Shown here piece after piece: positions 12,001 through 24,311 of a stretch of 64,000 nt of DNA. Source of the stretch: Iphione sp. A-MEVVRFRX5 (lineage: Eukaryota). The stretch spans positions 55,800,001 to 55,864,000 of the forward strand of contig OZ320314.1 of assembly GCA_976226885.1 (NCBI GenBank). The letters are read 5' to 3'. The notes beneath the pieces are model-generated. The model was not told the origin of the DNA. It made no database searches and saw nothing but the letters and a program-made list of their open reading frames with translations. Position numbers and translations under genes: made by a program. The number at the start of each line of letters is the position of its first letter. The stretch's first letter is position 1.

Positions 12001-12739
12001 GGCCGCACAGGAATAGTGTTTCAGAGAATCCCATAATACCTACCACCGAAGCGAAAAAAACATACTTCCGGTTTTGTTCCCAGTTGTCAACATTTGTAAT
12101 TTTAGTGCTTGGTCTTTAGCTAATAATTCATTCTGAGAAAAATGCTTTGGTATACATGTTATAGGGAGAGGGGGCCTCGCTTTCGGTTGACGGTGGGCGG
12201 GGCGGGAGTACCTGCTCTGACCCGAAAGCGTAGAGGCAAAAGTAGCTTGGAGCGTAAAACCGAAAAAAGTAATTTTCATCATTGCTTGGAGGGATTGCAC
12301 TCACATCAATCCTGACCGTGGACAATCCTGACAGTCCTCCCTGACTTAATCCTAATCCCGCCACCTGAATATTTACCCACTCCCAAGTAAAATAGTACTG
12401 TAAAGAGAGCTAGCTCTTCACCACCCACAAAATATAGAATGTTACCAAAAATAATAATTCGTGAGGGAATAACAACCCCTACAGAGTCAACACGGTTAAC
12501 GATGCTCGCCTAAGCACGAGGCCCTAGAACCTTGGACAATCTGCCGCAAAGTACATAGTCCCTCACTTGTGAGGCCCGAACTCAAGCTCAAGCAAAGGGC
12601 GTTCGAAGGCGTACGAGCGTACGCTCTTTGGGGCAAGCTTCAGGACAAGGTACCAGTCCACTCATGTTGACATCACGTGGTATCATAGCTGTCAGCTGCC
12701 GAGTTCCGGGCGAACCCTCCCACTCCCGAACGAGGAAGA
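12001..12739. promoter_or_regulatory. Short divergent promoter region shared by RPL13A and the TBC1D2-family gene
   Basis: Start codons at 12000 (-) and 12740 (+). ETS/GABP-type ACTTCCGG at 12064-12071, tandem GC boxes GGGCGGGGCGGG at 12195-12206, locally raised CpG content. Confidence 0.6.
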
Positions 12740-13182
12740 ATGGACGGTCAGTCCAATTTCAAAAGTTACGTCAGCTGGAAAGAGGAACCACCGTTGATAG
12801 ACTTTGATGACACTTGTGCAGAAGCGAAACTTGAGAAAGCAACTATGGAACAAACTCTCCCTATCAGAGATTCTGATCAACTGATCACTTTAGCAGATAG
12901 TTCTTGCGGAGATAGCGGAGGTACCTCTCTATTACCACAAAGCAAGAACAAAGTTAAGCTGTGTGGTTATCTTAACAAATACAAATTAGGAGCTCGTGGG
13001 ATCGGAAAGAACTTCAAGAGGAGGTGGTTTACATTTGCTGATAATACGTGTAAACTGTTGTATTACAGGACAGCTCAGGATATCGTCCCACTTGGAGAAA
13101 TCGATATTTATAATGCAACCCTGTCTTTTCAAGTCGGAGAAGACGGGGCCGTGGGTGGAAGAACCAATGTTTTCGAAATTAG
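12740..13182 (+). CDS. TBC1D2B: TBC1D2-like exon 1 (N-terminus and most of PH domain)
   Basis: KLCGYLNKYKLG...KRRWFTF...LLYYRTAQD..PLGEIDI; donor ag|gtaag. Confidence 0.92.
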
Positions 13183-14205
13183 GTAAGCATGCATACACAT
13201 ATCCATGTAAATATGATTTTTATGCAGGGCAATAGCCTGGATTTTCTTTTTTTTGGGGGGGGGGTATCTTCTGCCAAGCAGTCGACATGTTTCCTCACTT
13301 GTCGCGGAGCATTTGTGAGGCATTTCCTCACTTTTCATCACTTTTTATGGGCATTTTTTTTCTCTGGGTGGACCTCCTGGCCTATGTGGGGGGTTTTAGC
13401 CGATACCGCTCATCGTCACTGGGGAAACTTTCTTCTCCCTGCACATCATCCTTGTGGTGGTGAGAACTGATAGCAGGGAGAAGGGAGCTGTGCAGGAATT
13501 CAATCAGTACCATGAAATATATCATTGCATATATGTTTTATACCTGGAAGACCATTTCATTTTACAAATGAAACAGACACTATACTTCTATGAAAGCCAG
13601 TCAAATCACAAGAGAGTCTATGTCAAGACAGACATAAAAATTTATTCGTGTTACAGCATGTGTTTAGTGTAGAATACATAAGTAATATATCCATCACCAT
13701 GTCCTTCATCAAGGCAATCACCCAACTTACAATTACTCTGTCAGATGACGTTAACTGTCAATTTTCAGTGGGAGCCATAGCAGTAATCATATGAAAGGAA
13801 TAGTGCGTACAGGAGTATTCTACAAACTCCAATAAAGCCATATTATATACAGTAAGTCACTACACATTTAGGTTGCAAGGAAAGCAGTTAAGTGAGGGAG
13901 CTGGGCCCTGAATGTAGTCAGGAACCTACCACATTCATACCAATACAAGTGAAGCTGGGTATAAAGCCCACATTGCCCACATAAAAGCAGATGTGTACCA
14001 GTGTGTTAAGGATCAAGATAGTAGTAGGAAGAAAAAGTGTATTGTGCAGCCAAAAGCAAATAAAGCATTAAAAAAAAGTACATAACTACTTCACCATTCA
14101 CCCTTGATACTTACATATTTCACTTGGAATAACTGGAAATGTCAGTGGCACAGTTAGTCATGTAACACTTAATAGATATCTTTCATCTTTTTTGTAACCG
14201 CTTTC

Positions 14206-14237
<32 letters not shown>

Positions 14238-17200
14238 GATTACACATTAAATTAGAATTTGATATTAACACCTATAAGTAATACATATTAAAATAATTTG
14301 AGACATCACAACACGGAACAATACCAAACACTCACCCTGCAGTGCATGTGCAGTAGCCTCCATATGGTATCCCTGTCACCTTGTCCAGGATGGCATACAG
14401 TGACTTAACATCAGCTGCATTGGTAGACAGGGAGGGGTTGCATCGGGCCTTCACCAGGCAAAAGGTTGGTGATTCTTCCAGTGCATTGAACACCAAGGAG
14501 TGAACCATTCGTTTCAGATGGTACGGCCGTGTCAACCTATACTTCCGAGCAGAAGCTTCCGTGATCACTGCTGTGTCAAGCAGATACCTGTAATAGTATA
14601 TGCAGTTTTAAAACAGGATATAGATTTAAATATATCTGACCCTGTACTCCACCAAGAGGACCTATACTACCCATCAATTCATTAGTCTACATCAATGTAT
14701 ATCCAATATTATGAAATGTAGGGATCGCACATGTCATCTAAATTTCAAAACTAACATCTGTGCTACAAAAGAGGATTATAAGGGTTGGCTATACTACTGA
14801 CATTACAAATGTAAATACTTTAATTTGACCCAAAGTGTAGTCACTAATTTACTGACACCATTCAATTCACTGTATAGAAGAGAGGCAACATAACATACTG
14901 CTTCACATAAGTCTCTTCCACCACAGGACATCCGTCAAGACTCTTTGTCCATCCCGGAAGTGACTCGACATACGCTGGCTTGAGTCGCATGAACTCCAGC
15001 GTTTGTTGGGGAGTCAGACCAGAGTCTCTCTCACGAGGAGTAAAGACTGCTGGTGTTGGACCACAAGTGGACAAACCGAGTCGCTGGCAAAGCAAGGCAA
15101 TCTTTGCCAACTTCCCATGATTCAACCCGATGCCATACTCAACGCATCGCTTGTTCAGCTCAGCACTGCTAAGAGCAGCAACATCAGAATACGATTGCAG
15201 CATGCGCATGATGATCTGAAAATATATGAGATAAATAAGAAACAAATTAGAAAAACATCCACTATGTATGCCTCATGTCATAGTGATAATATGCCAGTTG
15301 ACATATGATGAGGGCCCCTAATCATGCATTTAAGTACATAAAAAATATTAATAAATCCCCTACCTGTAGCACAATATGCAGAGACCTTCTCGCCTATCCC
15401 CTCAACCTACCCACTACCTAACCTTGTCAACCCAGTAGTTAAAAACCAGGGAGATCTTAGGTGACATTTGGTGTGGGACACTACTCATGCATTTCAGTAC
15501 ATAAAAAATATAAATAAATCCCCTACCTGTAGCACAATACACAGAGAACTTCTCTCCTATCCCCTGAACCTACCCACTACCTAACCTTGTCAACCAAGTC
15601 ATTTTATACCAGGGAGATCCCAGGTGATATATGATGTGGGCCCTACTCATGCATTTCAGTACATAAAAATATAAATAAATGTCCTACCTTCACTAAACTA
15701 CATAGGAACCTTCTCTCCTATCCCCTCAACCTACCCACTACCTAACCCTTTCAACTGAGTCATTTTATATCAGCAAGATCCTAGGTGACAGTTGGTGTGG
15801 GACCCTACTCATGTATTTCAGTACATAAAAAATATAAACAAATCCCCTACCTGTAGCACAATACACAGAGAACTTCTCTCCTATCCCCTGAACCTACCCA
15901 CTACCTAACCTTGTCAACCAAGTCATTTTATACCAGGGAGATCCCAGGTGATATATGATGTGGGCCCTACTCATGCATTTCAGTACATAAAAAATATAAA
16001 TAAATGTCCTACCTTCACTAAACTACATAGGAACCTTCTAACCTATCCCCTCAACCTACCCACTACCTAACCTTGTCAACCCAGTAGTTTAAAACCAGGG
16101 AGATCCTAGGTGACATTTGGTGTGGGGTCCTACTCATGTAGTTTATTACAAACAAAAAGAAATAAATGTCCTACCTTCACTAAACTACATAGGAACCTTC
16201 TCTCCTATCCCCTCAACCTACCCACTACCTAACCCTTTCAACTGAGTCATTTTATATCAGCAAGATCCTAGGTGACAGTTGGTGTGGGACCCTACTCATG
16301 TATTTCAGTACATAAAAAATATAAACAAATCCCCTACCTGTAGCACAATACACAGAGAACTTCTCTCCTATCCCCTGAACCTACCCACTACCTAACCTTG
16401 TCAACCAAGTCATTTTATACCAGGGAGATCCCAGGTGATATATGATGTGGGCCCTACTCATGCATTTCAGTACATAAAAAATATAAATAAATGTCCTACC
16501 TTCACTAAACTACATAGGAACCTTCTAACCTATCCCCTCAACCTACCCACTACCTAACCTTGTCAACCCAGTAGTTTAAAACCAGGGAGATCCTAGGTGA
16601 CATTTGGTGTGGGGTCCTACTCATGTAGTTTATTACAAACAAAAAGAAATAAATGTCCTACCTTCACTAAACTACATAGGAACCTTCTTTCCTATCCCCT
16701 CACCCTACCCACTACCTAACCTTGTCAACCCAGTAGTTTAAAACCAGGGAGATCTTAGGTGACATTTGGTGTGGGGCCCTACTCATGCATTTCAGTACAT
16801 AAAAAATTAAAAATAAATCCCCTACCTTTACCAAACTACCCAAAAACCTTTTTTCCTATCTCCTCATCCTACCTAACATCTATATATCTTAGATAAGATA
16901 TGATATTTAAAGTAGAATAAGTTAGCACTGTGTCTTTACTACTGAAATAAGGTAATATTTTGCCTACCCTTTTAGACTGGCAAAGGACTACATTTAGCAA
17001 ACACTGATGAAAAACATAACATTTGCTCTAATTAGACCTTAGTACATATAAAACTCACTTATTTCATGAATGTGGTTGAAGAAGGAGATGTAATATTTTA
17101 GGAAACCTACACAGACAGTCCCTTTGCACTAAACATTAGGCACTGACAAACCTCTCTTTATGCAAAAATAAAATATTTCTTCTGTATGGATATATATAGA

Positions 17201-20200
17201 ATACAGATCACACTCTAATCTGACTATCTGACACTATATATAATATCTCTTACCCCTGATTTAAAGGAAAATTGCTTTTAACCAAACCGGATAATTCCTA
17301 GATTAGCCTTAGAGGCCAGAGCTGCACACATGACTGACAACTTTCCCTGTTTTTCTCTAAATTTCTTCAGAATTACACCAAACAAATGCACACACAAGTT
17401 CATTTTAACATAAAGATACTCACCTATAGCAATCAGACTGTTTCCTGACAGTAGTTTTCCTTAGATCCCTTTGAGAATGCCTCTGTGTGAGAAAAGTGTG
17501 CTCTGCTGGCAATGTTTACATTTGCAGGCCAAAATCCCGGCCTCATCGAGACTTCGCGAGAAGCGGCGAGATCGCGAACGTCAATAGGCCTCCTTGGCTA
17601 CGGGCCTGCATATAACAGACTACAGCCAAGACACTTCTTAATTTACCACACACTCCACACCATTCTTCATTTGCTCAGTTGATCAAGTCAGACTTGATAG
17701 AGCCTTATTTATGATACATTACCTGGGACAAAAACAAAACGTGCAGATTATGAAGGTACGAGTGGGTTTATTTGTTGAGGTTGAATAATTTTACGCGGGC
17801 CTCGTTCAGTAAAATAATCCAACATCAACAAGTAAACACATGAAGCGGTTAAGTGCGTCATTTTCATCTGAATCCGAGCACATAATATATATCACCAGTA
17901 GTTGAAGTAACTAGACACTAAAAATGCCTCAATTTTTTGCATGGAGCATTTACAAAAACAAGTTGGAGAAACTTTTCTAATTTTTCAGTTAGGGTAGGAA
18001 TACTGCCCTACTTTGGTTGGACACAGTTGCCTGGATGCTAACTAAGTCATGTATACAGGCCATTATGTTTTCCGCCTGAGTTGGTAGCAGGATGACTAGG
18101 CTGACAAGTGACTGGGCCACTGACATCCTCAGCCGCCAATCAAGTCGGCCACCAACTGAGCCATCTCACACATGGGTATATCAGTGTGCCGATTTGTAAA
18201 CAAACAAGCGCCTCTGGTGCTGAGAGAGAGGGAGACAGACAGGGAGGGAGAGAGAGACAGAGTTTATCATACACTGACATGCTGGCTGACAGCTCCAAAG
18301 TCACAGATTTGTACAATATTAGTGTGTGTAAAGAGAGAGGGAGAGAGAGTGTGTGTCTGTGTGTGGCAGGATGACTAGGCCGATGACACTCGGCTACCAA
18401 TCAAGTCGGCTGCAAGAAACTTAACTGAATGCTTTGTTGTCTGGGAGTAAGGGAAGATAATTTATTCAATATGGCTGAAGTAGAGTTAGCATGAGTACAG
18501 TCACAGTTTGGTATCTGTCAAATAGTTTAGTATCTTACATCCCCCTTTATTTATCGTTAAAAAGACATCTTTGAAAATATCGATCGAAATATATGATCTA
18601 GCACCATTGAATTCAGATCTTGAGGCATGACGAAAGTAGACAAGAGAATGTTCAGTCCGAAATATGTCATAGTTCATTTCATCATAGGACTAGATGAATA
18701 CGTAGCTAAATGCTGGAATAGTCTTTTGATTATATGCTCAAGAGTCTTTTAGACATATGTGGTATCTGTAGCGAACTACACTTTACGGTTACTTAGGGCT
18801 ACTATAGTTTTTGTCTTCTAGGCAACCTAATACTAATGCTTGGGAGGTTGGGTAGATTGCCCAACAGTCCCAGTCCACTGGAAGGGATTATTCTGCCCTT
18901 CTGTCCAGTGGTCCCTGCTCTAACTCAGTTACAGATCTAGAATGTCTCTCTTTTTGCTGACTCTGCCACTTCTGGTGGTAACCGTGGTTGGGGCTTTCTC
19001 AGCTTTTTGCGCCTTCACTGGAGAGGGCGTAGGAGGTTTTGCTCTGGTCGGCGTCCTTGGTGGTCGCATCATGCGTGGAGTTGAAGGATGTTCGTCCTTG
19101 GTCTCGTCTGCCGGTGCAGTGTCTGGGATGGTGATCTCTGGCTCGGCTCTCTCTGATGGCGCCTCTGTGCTGGTCACATAAGAGGGTGAGGCCTTTCTTA
19201 TGTCTGCTCGATTGCGACGCAGTGTCTGTGTTCCAGTGTCCACAATGTAGGACCTTGGATTCTGGTGGTGACGGACAATGGTTGCCGGTTTCCACTCCCT
19301 TGATCCTTGTGGTGGGCGGATCCTCACAGGTTGGCCTGGTAGCAGTGGATCCAGTTCTTTTGATACGCGGTCATGGTAATGCTTCTGCTTGATTTTGGAG
19401 TCCTTCATGCGTCTGTCCACTTTTGTGTGATCAAGGATGTGGGGCTTTAAGAGTGGCCTGGCTACTGGTATTGTGGTTCGGAGTCTCCTGGACATGTTTA
19501 GCTGTGAAGGAGCATAGCCAAGAGATGGAATTGGCGTGGCGTTGTAATTCAGCAGTGCTTTGCGCTTGTCAGTGCACTTCCTCCATAGGGCCTTTACTGT
19601 TTTCACTGCTGCTTCAGCTTCTCCGTTGGACTGTGGGTAGTGCGGGCTGCTTGTCACATGCTCGAACACATAATCTTTGGCAAACTCATCGAACTCGGCG
19701 CTGGTGTACTGTGGTCCGTTGTCGGTGACTAGTTTTTCTGGTATCCCTTGTCGAGAGAAGTGTTCTTTCAGAGCGTCGATGGTTTTCTGGCTGGACATAT
19801 CCACCAGCTTTATCACCTCTATGTACTTCGAGTAGTAGTCGACACTGAGGATGTAGTTTTCATCACTGTAGTGGAAGATATCAGATGCAACTTCTAACCA
19901 TGGTAGGTTCGGGGTTTTCCGCATCATCATCGGCTCTTTGGTTTGGTTTGGAGCAAACGTCTGACACACATTGCAGTTAGAGATCATGTCCTCAATTTGT
20001 GCGCTCATACCCGGCCAGTATAGGGTATCTCGGGCTCGCTGCTTGGACTTCACGGTGCCCAGGTGTGCCTCATGTACGAGACTGAGCATTTCTGCTCTCA
20101 TGGATGGTGGCACCACGATGCGTAAGCCACGATAGATGATGCCATCAAGTACTGCCAGCTCATCCCTTGTGCTCCAGTACGGTCGTGCACTTTGGGGTAC

Positions 20201-23200
20201 CTCCTGTCGGGTGTCGGGCCAGCCAGCTTGAATAATCATATACAATTCGTTCAGCTCGTGCGCTGTCTTCATCTGGAACTCAGCATACCGTGATGGGGAG
20301 ACAGACATCCGGTCTATCATGTTGACCTTGAACTCCTCTTCCCCGTTGTTTGGTGGTTCCTGTGTGCTGGCACGGCTCAGGGCATCGGCAATAAACTGCT
20401 TCTTGCCAGGCAGGTACTGGACTTGAAGGTCATAGCCCTTCAGCTTTAGGAGCATCGTTTGCAGTCGTAGTGGGGCTGCTTGCAACGGCTTCTTGCTGAT
20501 GATCTCCAACGGTTTGTGATCGGTTTGTACGAGAACTTCTTTGCCCAGAATGTATTCACGGAATTTCTCGGTGCTGAACACTATAGCTAGCATTTCTATT
20601 TCGATCGGAGCCCAGTTTTGCTCTGCTGGTCGGAGTTTCCTTGACGCATAGGCTACTGGTTTTCCATCTTGCAATAGAACTGCTCCCACTGCCTTCTTAC
20701 TTGCGTCACATTGGATGGTAACATCTTTCTTGACGTCATAGTAGGCCAGTATGGGTGCCTTGCTGCAGAGTTCCTTCAGCTTCTGGAAGGCTGCTTGCTG
20801 GGGCTTGTCCCAGTGGAAGGCAGTACTCTCGCGTGTGAGCTCTCTCAGTGGCTCTTCTACTTCCGCCAGCATGGGTAGGAATTTGGCGAGGTACTGTACA
20901 AATCCTAGGAATCTCCTTACAGCTTCCTTCGAGTCTGGAGGGGGCATCTCCATCACAGCTCTTATTTTATCTTCAGCTGGTTTCAGTCCATTGCTGGTTA
21001 CTGTGTGTCCTACATAGGGCACTGAGGATTTTCGGATCTTCATTTTCTCAAAGTTGAGCTTGAGGTTGTACTGTTGTGCGCATTCAACTACCTTCTTGAG
21101 GACTTGGTCGTGCTGCTGGAGCGTTTCTCCCACTACCAGTATGTCATCCATGACGGCATAGGCATGGTCTATTCCATCAAGCATTTCATCCATCGTCCTT
21201 TGGTAGAGCTCCGGCGCTGACTTGATGCCAAACGGGAGTCTTGTCCAGCGGTACCTTCCGATCGGTGTGTTCATAGTTGTCAGTTTGCTCGACTCATAGT
21301 CCAGCACCATTTGTAGGAATCCGCTCTTGGCGTCCAGGACTGAGAAGATTTTCCCACGAGGTGACTTGCTGACTATCTCTTCCACCGTCGGGATTGGGTA
21401 GTGCTCTCTGCGGATGGCTTTATTCAAGTTGCTGGGGTCCAGGCATATCCTAATTTTGTCCCCTCGGGTGGACACTACCATGGAATTCACCCAGTCAGTT
21501 GGTTCTGTCACTTTGGCCAAGTGACCCTCATTCTCCATTTCTCTCAGCTTTTCCTTTATTTTTGGTAGGAGTGCTGCTGCTTGCCTCCTCGGGCCATGTA
21601 CTACCGGTGTCGCAGTCGGGTCAATCTTGAGGGTGTACGTACCTGGCAGGTTTCCTGTTGCCTCGCCCAGTTGTGGGTACTTTTTCAGAAGCTCCTTTGC
21701 TGATGCATCTACTTTGTGGATGCGCTGCACTAGTCCGAGTGCTTTGCAGGCTTCCCCTGACAGTACTGGAACTTGGTTTCCATCTATCACGTAGAACTTT
21801 ACGAGCGCTTTCCGCTCTTTGTACTTAGCTTCCAGTTTTGCGGTACCGACAGGTCTGATCTGATGGTTTGTGTATGAGACTAATCTCTTGTTGGTGGAGT
21901 GAAGCTCAACATTAGGTGCTACCTTCTGGAAATCCTTATGGCTCATCACGCTGGCCTTGGCGCCAGTGTCAAGTTGGCACTTTAGGCTGCTTTTGTGTAT
22001 CCTTAGGGTTTCCCACCAGTCGTCAACTTAACTGAATGCTTTGTTGTCTGGGAGTAAGGGAAGATAATTTATTCAATATGGCTGAAGTAGAGTTAGCATG
22101 AGTACAGTCACAGTTTGGTATCTGTCAAATAGTTTAGTATCTTACATCGGCCACCCCTCCACATTTAGTATTAGTTAAAGTCCCAGGACCAGTGATTACA
22201 TGATATATTGTATGAGATGGTCCTGCCACTGAGTACATTATAGAGTGTAACCTATTCTGAGGATTTTAACTGATTAAACCAACCCCCGAACAACTGTGCC
22301 TTTTGCCGGTTTAGTACACTTTCAATGGCCAACTCATCTCACACTCTTTTAGTGTGTGTGTGCATGCCGAAGGCACTTGTATCAATTAAAATTTTGACAA
22401 TATGTCACAATTTGCGCCCACAGAGCTTTAATATGCTTCTGGTAAAAGAGGCAGTCAGGGGGTCTCTTCCCAGGCAAAAGACACCCAGTTCTAATTGTCT
22501 GATTTAAACAAAATTTATATCAAATTAAAGCCAAGGATCTAAGGAAGAAGTTGGTATACAGATTGTCTTTCTATCTTAATTTACAAGGAAGTTAGAGCCA
22601 TGTAATGTTTGGCAATCACTCGGCGTTCTCCCGCATAAAAACATAAACAACGTCATTTTACCACAAAATGACATAAAATGGCAATAGGCCCATTGTTATT
22701 AAAGGTCATAGAAAGTTATTTTATAGCCCATTTTCTTCCTTAGAACCGTAGCTTTCATTTGGTGTTTGTTGCATCAAAATTGGACTTTTGGGCCTGTGTA
22801 AGACCAAGAGTAATTTGATTTAAACAATGTAAATTTGCTTGCTGACATAATTAGGCATGTGGTACACATCAATTTACTGCATGGCAAGCAGCGGGTGGTA
22901 CATGCACCCCGTACGTGCACAGGCATGGAATAATTTATATCCTCGGGCTACCCTATTCAGTACACATATTTGCATTTACATTTGCAACTTGTCAAACATT
23001 GACATGTAATTTTATATTGGGAGACATAGCTACATCCTGCTGGGTGCATATACTAATGGACCTTTCGCCAGCTGTTTTAGTAACAGGTACTGCTGACGTT
23101 ATTTCTAACTAATTGTGACATTGTCCAAATTTTAAGCAATCTGATTTGTCACTTCCCATCATGACGTCACAAATGACAAAAATGATTTCGCTACTACCCA

Positions 23201-24256
23201 TTTATTCAACCGCCAGTGATAGGTCAAGTGTTAACCAGATGTATTTTACCATAGAAGTCTATGGACTAGACATCTGTAGCCATAGAAAATCCGTCCCCAA
23301 CAGGTTCATCATCTATGTCTAACGATCCATAGTTTTGGATATGGACAGACATGGCCACATGTGAAGGGTTTACTAGATTATTATTGAATGGGTAACCACA
23401 GATACATAGATGTTGAAAAATACAGATACATGTGAATACCGCCTTCGACATGTTAGCCCAGTCCCTGAGAATGTAGTTTGACCCGATGTAACAATGATTA
23501 TCAATACACTTGCACCATCCTCTGGAATCTAGTAGTTGCGCCTCTTATTTAATGAGTTCATATTTAATGGATTACTCGGTAGCACACGCAGAGCAAGGAG
23601 TCTAGTCCACGTCCTATCTCATATTTTATGAGAACTAGTGTAACTGGTATCCAATTTCGACAAGGTAGGATATGCATCTATATATCTTCTAAGATAACAA
23701 ACGCCTTAGGCGCCTGTACTGGTTGTGTGAGTGGTTGGGAGGGGGGGTGGTGGTCAGAGATATGGGGAAGGGGTTAAAGTCCAGACTGCTCTGCATTTAC
23801 AACCCTCGGTTCTGCTTGATTGGACAGACATGTGTAGTGATTACACCCAACTGAAAAAGTAGTGCCAGAGTTTCATTCCAGGTTCTTTTATATTCTACTT
23901 TCTACCTTAAAACATGTGATAATATCTATTATTCTAAAAAAAAATGAGTATAGCATGTGAGAGAAAACAAATCATGAGGTTTTGAAAGAGTCTCATACAC
24001 ATGAGAGCTTCTCCCATGGCCGGACTTTTGGACAACATTTTATATAGGTAGTGTAACTATTAATGTTCAACCGTTCATATAGAAATTAACTTAGCCTGAA
24101 TAATCAAGCTAGAACAAAGGGGAGAGTTTAGACCTAGGCTCCTACTCTTCAAATCACTCCTTAGAATCTCTGAAACATTCTAGTGTCTGGTTCCTTTTAA
24201 AACTGACTTATATATCCTAGGCTAGACAGCTCAGCATCTCTGTCTCTCTCTTGCTC

Positions 24257-24311
<55 letters not shown>

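Noticed and set aside
12001-12036. Upstream ATG GGA TTC TCT GAA (MGFSE) as an alternative RPL13A start
   Set aside because: It is out of frame with the ATG at 12000 and exon 2 when the 11988 donor is used, and no donor follows it directly.
13183-14330. Candidate next exon of the SWIM gene (GLCGQCGALY on the minus strand near 13975)
   Set aside because: No AG acceptor in phase, no His ligand, and an early stop.
15312-16870. Regular repeats (also 63779-63950) as CRISPR-like arrays
   Set aside because: Head-to-tail monomers with no unique spacers, eukaryotic context and no cas genes.
17640-18400. Repeat-like fragments and a short direct repeat (ggcaggatgactaggc...aatcaagtcggc x2) next to Gypsy-2
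   Set aside because: Termini and family could not be defined from this window; noted only as the Gypsy-2 target site.
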